Of a stretch of DNA of 37,511 bases, positions 31,391-37,511 are shown one piece after another. How positions within the stretch are numbered: the first letter of the stretch is position 1; every line of letters begins with the position of its first letter. Location: positions 1 to 37,511 of the forward strand of contig JAYKHG010000106.1 of NCBI GenBank assembly GCA_035284825.1. Reading direction: 5' to 3'. This DNA is from Cyanobacteriota bacterium. Lineage in GTDB: Bacteria; Cyanobacteriota; Cyanobacteriia; PCC-6307; Cyanobiaceae. The notes under the pieces are model-generated. The model was not told where the DNA came from. It made no database searches and was given only the letters and a program-made list of their open reading frames with translations. The position numbers were made by a program, and so were the translations under genes.

Positions 31391-31609
31391 TCAGCTGGTT
31401 CGTGGAAGGTGGCGGCGGGCAGCGGGACCCACCGCACTCAGGGGAATCTCGAAAACGGGCGAACCCCGCCGAGCCAGGGGCCAACAACGCAGCCAAATGC
31501 GGTCGGAGCGGGTGTCCATGCCAATCACCTGGTACAGCTCACTGGTGGAGGCATGGTCGCCTGCGAGGTCCTCTGGAAGACGAATGCAGTCCCCCTGGTG
31601 GAGGTTCAT
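31391..31609 (-). CDS. Small hypothetical protein (72 aa, beta-rich)
   Basis: MNLHQGDCIRL...LYQVIGMDTRSDRIWLRCWPL...SPVFEIPL; own promoter-like element upstream. Confidence 0.7.
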   Translation of the reverse strand: MNLHQGDCIRLPEDLAGDHASTSELYQVIGMDTRSDRIWLRCWPLARRGSPVFEIPLSAVGPAARRHLPRTS

Positions 31610-31649
31610 AGGTGGTGTGGCGGTGGGGTGAGGACGGGTGATGGGGGAA

Positions 31650-31683
31650 ACGCTAGCAATCTGGATTCTTTCTAAAGGATTGC
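31650..31683 (-). promoter_or_regulatory. Putative extended -10 promoter (TGcTAGCGT) overlapped by inverted repeat GCAATC-N16-GATTGC
   Basis: Read directly in a locally AT-rich intergenic patch 40 nt upstream of ATG 31609. Confidence 0.35.
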
Positions 31684-31765
31684 CGCTGGACCACCACACA
31701 ATGGTTCAGGGCGCACCTTCCGTGGGCAGCGTGGGCGAATCCCCACCCAAAACCAGCACTGAGAC

Positions 31766-33091
31766 TCATAGGGTTCGCAAACAGGCCGCCACCGCCTCCA
31801 CCTCCGCCAGGGCGGTGATCGCCGCCAGGGCCCGGCGGAAATCCGCCTCCAGCACCTCGTGGGTGATCACCACGATTTCAGCGCTGCCGCTATTGGCCTC
31901 GTACTGCACGATCGATTGGATCGACACCCCGGCGGCTCCGAATGCGGTACCGACCTTGCCGATCACCCCCGCCTCATCCCGCGTGGCCAGTCGCACGTAG
32001 TTGCGGTGACGACTCAGATGGGAATCCACCAGGGCGCAGTGGCGCCAGCTGCCGGCGGAGAGCAGGGGATCCAGGCCGGCCGCCTCCCCTCCCCCCACCT
32101 GGCGGATGCCAGCGATGTTCAAGATGTCGGCCACCACTGCCGATGCGGTGGGTCCGGCTCCGGCGCCAGGGCCAAAAAACATCACCTGTCCCACCGGATC
32201 TCCCTCCACCAGGATGGCGTTGTTCACTCCGTGCACACCAGCCAAGGGATGGTGGCGGGGCAGCAGGGTGGGATGCACCCGCACGTCCAAGGGGAGGGCA
32301 CCAGCGGGCACCGCCTCAGAACCCACCTGTCCCTCCATGCATTCGGCGACCGCCAGAAGCTTTACGCCGTAGCCGAGTTTGGCGGCATAGGCCACGTCGC
32401 GGGCATCGAGGCGGTCGATCCCCTCGGTGGCAATGGCGGAACGCTGTACCGGACCACCAAAGGCGAGGGAAGCCAGGATGGCAATCTTGTCGGCGGCATC
32501 GTGGCCTTCCACATCAGCCGCTGGATCGGCCTCGGCATAGCCGAGGCGCTGGGCATCGGCCAGAACATCGCCGTAGGCGGCGCCCTCATCAGCCATGCGG
32601 CTGAGGATGTAGTTGGTGGTGCCATTGATGATGCCGCTCACCCGTTGGATCCGGTTGCCGCCCAGCGATTGCTTCAGGGGCTCGATGATCGGGATGCCGC
32701 CTCCCACCGCCGCCTCGATCAACACATACACGCCGCCCTGGGCCGCAGCCGCAGCGATTTCCTCCCCGTGGCGGGCGATCACGGCTTTGTTGGCCGTCAC
32801 CACAGGCTTTCCAGCGGCGATGGCGCGCAGGATCAGGGAGCGGGCCGGCTCCAGACCGCCCATCACCTCCACCACGATCTCGACCGCAGGATCATCCACC
32901 ACGGATTGGGGATCGGAGCAGAGGAGAGAGGGATCCAAGTCCACGGCACGGGGCCTTGCTGGATCCCGCACCGCCACCCGTCGCAGGACCAGCTCCGCCA
33001 CGAGGGGATGGCGTCCAACGGGGCTGGCGAGGATCCCTGCCACTCCTGTTCCCACCGTGCCCAGCCCGAGCATGCCAACGCCAATGGCCAT
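31766..33091 (-). CDS. hom: Homoserine dehydrogenase with C-terminal ACT domain
   Basis: GMLGLGTVGTG, VVTANKA, EAAVGGGIPII, GIINGTTNYIL, GYAEADPAADVEGHDAADK, GPGAGAGPTASAVVAD. TAGGAT at 33114-33119 favours ATG 33091 over 33115. Confidence 0.95.
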   Translation of the reverse strand: MAIGVGMLGLGTVGTGVAGILASPVGRHPLVAELVLRRVAVRDPARPRAVDLDPSLLCSDPQSVVDDPAVEIVVEVMGGLEPARSLILRAIAAGKPVVTANKAVIARHGEEIAAAAAQGGVYVLIEAAVGGGIPIIEPLKQSLGGNRIQRVSGIINGTTNYILSRMADEGAAYGDVLADAQRLGYAEADPAADVEGHDAADKIAILASLAFGGPVQRSAIATEGIDRLDARDVAYAAKLGYGVKLLAVAECMEGQVGSEAVPAGALPLDVRVHPTLLPRHHPLAGVHGVNNAILVEGDPVGQVMFFGPGAGAGPTASAVVADILNIAGIRQVGGGEAAGLDPLLSAGSWRHCALVDSHLSRHRNYVRLATRDEAGVIGKVGTAFGAAGVSIQSIVQYEANSGSAEIVVITHEVLEADFRRALAAITALAEVEAVAACLRTL

Positions 33092-33132
33092 GGGCCCGAT
33101 CCCGCAAACAGCCATCCTAGGAAGGGCCCTGC

Positions 33133-33567
33133 TTAGGGGGCCTGGAGCTGGCTGGCCTGGGCCTGCATGGTGCGGAAGATGCTCAAGAATCCGTTGGCCC
33201 GGGATGGGGTGAGGCTTGCCTGAAGCCCCGTGGCAGCAAGGATGGCTGGATCGAGGGCCACCACCTGAGCCGGCGTCAACCCCTCCATTCCCTGCATCAG
33301 CAGGGCCAGCAGTCCCTTGGTGATGGCGGCATCAGAATCCCCCTGCCAGTGCAGCACACCCTCCTGGAGGTCGCCCACCACATAAACCTGGGAGACACAG
33401 CCCTTGACCTTGTAAGACTCCTGCCGGAGGGCCTCGGGAAAGGGTTGCAGCTTTTTGCCAAGCCACAACACATATTCGTAGCGGCGTTTGGGATCGGCCG
33501 TGCCACCCAAACGCTTCACCATTGCATCGAGGGCCAGGCTCCCACTACTGGGGGGCGGGGCATTCAT
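33133..33567 (-). CDS. sufE: SufE family Fe-S sulfur-transfer protein
   Basis: RRYEYVLWLGKKL, KVKGCVSQVY (acceptor Cys), GDSDAAITKGL, SLTPSRANG. Confidence 0.93.
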   Translation of the reverse strand: MNAPPPSSGSLALDAMVKRLGGTADPKRRYEYVLWLGKKLQPFPEALRQESYKVKGCVSQVYVVGDLQEGVLHWQGDSDAAITKGLLALLMQGMEGLTPAQVVALDPAILAATGLQASLTPSRANGFLSIFRTMQAQASQLQAP

Positions 33568-34058
33568 CGGCGGGGCCGGTGGAGCATCAGGCCGGCCATG
33601 GCTCCGAGGAGAGCCACGGCGCCAAGGGAGTGGAGGGTGCGAGCCATGAAGGCAGGGAAGGGCGCCACCTGGCTGTGGAGGGCACTGGGGGCGGAGGAGG
33701 GAAGCTCCACGTAGTCGCGGTGGCCGGGTCCCGCATCCACCTGCACCTCCCAGTCAGCCCGGGCCTGGGCAGGCAATTGGAAGGTGAGCTGACCCGCGGC
33801 GTTGGTGTGGCCCAGCTCCACGGCGGTTGCCCCATCGGGGCTCACCATGCGCACGGAGGCATCCCGGGCGGGCAGGCCAGAGGAAAACTTGCTCTCTAGC
33901 TGAAAGGGGCTGCTGGAGGTGAGGCTGCCCAGCCGCTCCAGGGTGCTCTGGATGCCATGGGCACCAGCCGTGGGAGTGCCAAGGATGCCAAGGGCACAAC
34001 CTCCGGCCAGGAGCGACAAGCAAAGGGAAGCTTTGGAAGCGACCATCGGTGCCATCAA
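33564..34058 (-). CDS. Exported, C-terminally anchored hypothetical protein, CbiL/NikL-like pattern
   Basis: Signal peptide ending AGA|HG, core FSSGLP..V....GHTNAAGQLTF..WEVQVDAGPGH, C-terminal TM followed by basic tail; stop overlaps the sufE ATG; AGTCCTTCTTG leader lacks an SD. Confidence 0.65.
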   Translation of the reverse strand: MMAPMVASKASLCLSLLAGGCALGILGTPTAGAHGIQSTLERLGSLTSSSPFQLESKFSSGLPARDASVRMVSPDGATAVELGHTNAAGQLTFQLPAQARADWEVQVDAGPGHRDYVELPSSAPSALHSQVAPFPAFMARTLHSLGAVALLGAMAGLMLHRPRR

Positions 34059-34094
34059 GAAGGACTCATGTTGAGCGTCAGGATGACAGGACCG

Positions 34095-34355
34095 TCAACT
34101 GGCCTTCCAACGACTGGGGGTGCTGCGTCCGGCCTGAACCATCGAGGCGATGGTGCTCACCATGAGGCAGAGAGCCTCCCCACTGCTCTGGCGGCCTTGC
34201 AGCTCAGCAGCGAGCACCTTGGCTGCAGCCGTGCCCTGGGAACCAACGCTGGACGGACCTGCAAACACCAGGCGTTGGGAGGGAGAGAGAGCCAAGTCGC
34301 AGCTGAGCACTCAAGCGATCTTGGCAAATAGGAAGCAAAAGAGCGAGGCGGCCAC
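34095..34355 (-). other. Small ORF with one in-frame TGA (34311-34313): either a 71-aa gene from GTG 34310 or an interrupted 86-codon gene from GTG 34355
   Basis: GTG GCC GCC TCG CTC TTT TGC TTC CTA TTT GCC AAG ATC GCT TGA GTG CTC AGC TGC ...; fills the gap between two co-oriented genes. Confidence 0.4.
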
Positions 34356-34362
34356 CCCAGCG

Positions 34363-34935
34363 TTAAGAGGTTGCAACACGGCCGCTTGCCCAATGCAATC
34401 CCGTTTCATCCAACCAGCCGGAGAGGGGCACATCCCAGGGGTCTCGGGGAAGGGCAGCCGTGACGCAGAGGGCTGGCACCACCGCCAAGGCCGGCACGGC
34501 CCGCCAGAGGGGATCCGCCCGGAGCCGGTCGTACCAACCTCCCCCGGATCCAAGACGGATGCCTTGAACATCCACCGCCAATGAGGGCACCAGGAGGAGG
34601 CCCAATTGGTCTGGTGTCAGCCCTTCCGCCCCCAGGGGAGCAGGGATGCCCGCCCCATCAGGCTCCAGGGGATCGCCCATTTGCCACGGCAGATAGAGCA
34701 TGCTGCTTCCCCGGATGGCAGGCAGGGCGAGTTGATGGCGCCAGGCGGCGGGCAGGGTTCGGGCGAGGGGTCGCAGATCCGGTTCGTGGCCCATGGGCCA
34801 GTAGAGGCCGAGCCGCTGGGAGGGCGCCAGCAGGGGGGGCACCAGGCCAGCCGCCATGGCCGCGATGGCCCCTGGGGCCGCGGCCATGGCGAGGCGACGT
34901 TGCTGGCGGAAATGACGCCTCAGCTCCGGCTTCAC
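34363..34935 (-). CDS. 5-formyltetrahydrofolate cyclo-ligase
   Basis: [61 protein letters not shown]. Frame is open to 35055; start uncertain. Confidence 0.88.
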   Translation of the reverse strand: MKPELRRHFRQQRRLAMAAAPGAIAAMAAGLVPPLLAPSQRLGLYWPMGHEPDLRPLARTLPAAWRHQLALPAIRGSSMLYLPWQMGDPLEPDGAGIPAPLGAEGLTPDQLGLLLVPSLAVDVQGIRLGSGGGWYDRLRADPLWRAVPALAVVPALCVTAALPRDPWDVPLSGWLDETGLHWASGRVATS

Positions 34936-35047
34936 CTCAACGGGCCCCCTGGCGGAGCCAAGGGGCGGGAGCGGCCCTGCCCTCGACAGGGGCCCGTCGG
35001 TACCCCAGGCTGGGGCCACCCGTCCCGTCGCATCCACCGCTGCCGCC

Positions 35048-35536
35048 ATGCGCATCCTTGGGCTGGATCCGGGCCTCGCCCGTGTGGGCTATGGCGTGAT
35101 CGAGGTGGAGAGCGGCACCAACGGATGGTCGAGCCGGCGCCAACAGCGCATGCTCGACTGCGGGCTGATTCGCACCGACGCGGATCGGAGCGAAGGGCAG
35201 CGACTTGTGGAGATTGCCGCTGACCTGCGGGTGCTGCTGCGCCGCTGGCAGCCGGAGCTGGCGGCGGTGGAGAAGTTTTTCTTCTACCGCTCCAGCACCA
35301 CCATCTCCGTTGTGCAGGCCCGGGGCGTGCTCATCATGACCCTGGCCCGCTTTGGAATCCCTGTGGTGGAGTACCCCCCGATGCAAATCAAATTGGCCCT
35401 TGCGGGCCATGGCCAGGCGGAAAAAGATGAGGTGCTCGCAGCCGTGATGCGGGAACTGGATTTGCAGATCCCCCCTCGACCCGATGATGCCGCCGATGCC
35501 CTGGCGGTGGCCCTCACGGGATGGTTTCAGCGCTAG
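35048..35536 (+). CDS. ruvC: Holliday junction resolvase
   Basis: [58 protein letters not shown]. Confidence 0.95.
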   Translation: MRILGLDPGLARVGYGVIEVESGTNGWSSRRQQRMLDCGLIRTDADRSEGQRLVEIAADLRVLLRRWQPELAAVEKFFFYRSSTTISVVQARGVLIMTLARFGIPVVEYPPMQIKLALAGHGQAEKDEVLAAVMRELDLQIPPRPDDAADALAVALTGWFQR

Positions 35537-35595
35537 GTCCAAGACTCTTGAGGTGTGCCTCCCTGATGTGTCCAATCTGGCCGCAGCAAGGTCGC

Positions 35596-36693
35596 TCAAC
35601 CCGCGAGCGCTAGATCAAAGGCTCGTCGATCGGCCTCACCAGAGGGGAGGGGCCGTTCGAACACCTGGCAGAACACCTTCACCACCCGTTCCCCGGAATC
35701 GATGGTCTCGAGGGGGTCCTTGCGCAGGCGGTGGCGCAGACAGCAGGCCACCACCCGAGCCACATCCTCATCATCCACCACATTCCGGCCCTCAAAGGCC
35801 GCAAGGGCCCGGGCCGCCCGATTGGTCACGATGTCACCCCGCAGCCCATCCACATCCAACGCGCCGCAAACGGCCGAGATGCGCAGCCGCAGGTCATCGT
35901 CGATGGAGACCCCTGGGAGCCGCTCCTGGGCTGCCACCACCCGCTCCTGCAGGGCTTGCTGGGCCGGTGCGCTGGCTGCAAGGAAGGCCAAGGGGTCCGC
36001 ATCAAAGGCCGTGCGCTGATCCACCACCAGCACCCGCAGCTCGGGATCGCGAACCGTGCGCACCTCCACACTCATGCCGAAGCGATCCAGGAGCTGGGGC
36101 CTCAGTTCCCCTTCTTCCGGGTTGCCGGAGCCCACCAGCACAAAACGGGCCGGATGGCGCACGGAGATCCCCTCCCGCTCCACGGTGTTCCACCCGGAGG
36201 CGGCCGCATCCAGGAGCACATCCACCAGGTGGTCGTCCAGGAGGTTCACCTCATCCACATAGAGCAGCCCTCGGTTGGCCTTGGCCAACAAACCCGGTTC
36301 GAAGGCCCGCACGCCCTCGCTCAGGGCCTTTTCGATGTCGATGGTGCCGCACAGCCTGTCTTCGGTGGCCCCCAGGGGCAGATCCACCATGGGCACTTGC
36401 CGCAGTTCGATGGGGAGAGAATCACCCCTCTCGGCCCGTTCACGCACCTCCTCGCTCTGCAGATCTGGATCGGATGGGGAGCTGTTGTAAGGATCACCCA
36501 GCACCACTGGGATCTCTGGCAGCAGATCGGCCAGGGCCCGGATCGTTGTGCTCTTGCCCGTGCCCCGATCTCCCATGATCATCACGCCGCCGATGCGTGG
36601 ATCGATCACATTCAGCAACAGGCCCAGCTTCATCTCCTCCTGACCCACCACCTGGGTGAAAGGAAACACCCTGCGTTTGCTGCTCACACTCAC
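35596..36693 (-). CDS. chlI: Magnesium chelatase ATPase subunit I
   Basis: FPFTQVVGQEEMK, GDRGTGKST, DLPLGATEDRLCG, LYVDEVNLLDDH, GNPEEGELRPQLLDRFG, LRHRLRKDPL. Confidence 0.96.
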   Translation of the reverse strand: MSVSSKRRVFPFTQVVGQEEMKLGLLLNVIDPRIGGVMIMGDRGTGKSTTIRALADLLPEIPVVLGDPYNSSPSDPDLQSEEVRERAERGDSLPIELRQVPMVDLPLGATEDRLCGTIDIEKALSEGVRAFEPGLLAKANRGLLYVDEVNLLDDHLVDVLLDAAASGWNTVEREGISVRHPARFVLVGSGNPEEGELRPQLLDRFGMSVEVRTVRDPELRVLVVDQRTAFDADPLAFLAASAPAQQALQERVVAAQERLPGVSIDDDLRLRISAVCGALDVDGLRGDIVTNRAARALAAFEGRNVVDDEDVARVVACCLRHRLRKDPLETIDSGERVVKVFCQVFERPLPSGEADRRAFDLALAG

Positions 36694-37511
36694 GGATTTG
36701 GAGAGACCGACCCAGCAGGGGATTGTTTCACAGCCCCAGGCACTCCTGTCCCAGCCGCTCCTGGAGTTCCCAGCTCCCCTTGGGAGGGGGTGTCACCCAG
36801 GGGCAACAGGCTGAGCACCTGGGGCGGGGTGGCATCCGCCGGATAGATGAGGCGCACCTGCACCTGCCTGATGGCCCCCGGCGCCAGGGTGATGGTGCCG
36901 ATGGGGGGCCCCTCTTGTCCGGCCCGTTGCACCAGATGAAAGGCCTGCCGGCCAGCGGGCCGCCCTTGGAAGCCATCCAGGCCACTCACCTCCACGGTGC
37001 CGCGGAACATCACCGGTCCGTTGAAGTTCGGCGTGCCATTGCCGTTGCTGGCCTGGGCAGATGCCGGCAGTCCCCTGAAGCGGAGGCCCCCTTGGGGGAC
37101 ATCGCCCTTGAGGGGGGATTCGATGGCCAGACCCAAGCGCAGGGGTCGCGATGTGTCATTGCGCAGGGGAAGGGTGAGGGCGTAGGTCACCCCGTAGTTG
37201 CCATGGGCAGCCCAGGCGGTGCCTGGGTAAAAGGCGCTGAGTTCGGCCGTCTGCACCTGGCCCGTGCCGAGGCTGCCCCGCTCCAGGGCACTGATGGGCC
37301 AGGAGATCGGGGCCCTGGAGGCCGACAGGGTGGGTTGGCCCGGATCCGTGAGGCGGCCGGTCCAGGTGGCACCCCGTTGCACCCCGCTCACCCGGGAATA
37401 CACCATCCGCCCAGTCGCACCCCGGGGGGTGGGGGCGTGTTCCTTGGGACTCAATTCCCCTGCCAGCACCTGGCCCCAGAGGGCGGCAGGTGGGGGAGTG
37501 GCCTGGGGACC
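36690..37511 (-). CDS. DUF3370-like cyanobacterial protein, 5' end outside window
   Basis: VYSRVSGVQRG, RGSLGTGQVQTAEL, TAWAAHGNYGVTY, FRGTVEV, LIYPADATPPQVL; frame open to the window edge. Confidence 0.7.
   Translation of the reverse strand, partial: GPQATPPPAALWGQVLAGELSPKEHAPTPRGATGRMVYSRVSGVQRGATWTGRLTDPGQPTLSASRAPISWPISALERGSLGTGQVQTAELSAFYPGTAWAAHGNYGVTYALTLPLRNDTSRPLRLGLAIESPLKGDVPQGGLRFRGLPASAQASNGNGTPNFNGPVMFRGTVEVSGLDGFQGRPAGRQAFHLVQRAGQEGPPIGTITLAPGAIRQVQVRLIYPADATPPQVLSLLPLGDTPSQGELGTPGAAGTGVPGAVKQSPAGSVSPNP

Noticed and set aside
29792-33136. Long antisense ORFs (496 aa, 425 aa; likewise 7963-8835, 27036-28376, 35731-36846)
   Set aside because: Shadow frames of GC-rich genes; no motifs, and composition mirrors the sense codons.
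34059-34362. Possible cobalamin or NiCo riboswitch upstream of the CbiL-like gene
   Set aside because: No B12 box (GGGAA..GCCACTG..AGYCAG) or NiCo consensus seen on the minus strand; a small ORF explains the space better. An Rfam/Infernal scan would settle it.
34936-35047. 6S RNA upstream of the 5-formyl-THF cyclo-ligase, as in the enterobacterial ssrS-ygfA operon
   Set aside because: At most ~110 nt before divergent ruvC, too short for 6S RNA, and no long rod with a central bubble is apparent.
1-37511. CRISPR arrays, tRNA/rRNA genes, IS elements, prophage or defence genes
   Set aside because: None seen; intergenic spaces are short and nearly all sequence is accounted for by recognisable host genes.

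Overview
GC-rich (roughly two-thirds G+C by eye), gene-dense chromosomal segment of a picocyanobacterium, most likely Cyanobium / Synechococcus subcluster 5.2 type judging from gene content and protein style. It is almost all core housekeeping and photosynthesis genes: topA (partial), ndhB, an ABC ATPase, M23 peptidase, birA, a PLP aminotransferase, thioredoxin, vipp1/pspA, a DciA-like gene, cobM-lgt-petA-petC, tatC, NFACT, gmk, psaFJ, tsaD, hli, pilT, wecB, a membrane-fusion protein, ychF, SulP, MFS, a peptide ABC pair, hom, sufE, 5-formyl-THF cyclo-ligase, ruvC, chlI and a DUF3370-like gene (partial). I saw no tRNA/rRNA, CRISPR array, transposase, integrase or reverse transcriptase. Two things stand out. 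(1) The pilT homologue is intact but has a natural Walker-B Glu->Ala substitution plus other motif losses in an AT-enriched core, making it a candidate pseudo-ATPase. (2) A two-ORF unit between the cyclo-ligase and sufE holds a CbiL/NikL-like exported His-tipped protein, preceded by a small ORF split by one in-frame TGA. All calls come from motif recognition by eye; no database search was run, and several start codons are best guesses.
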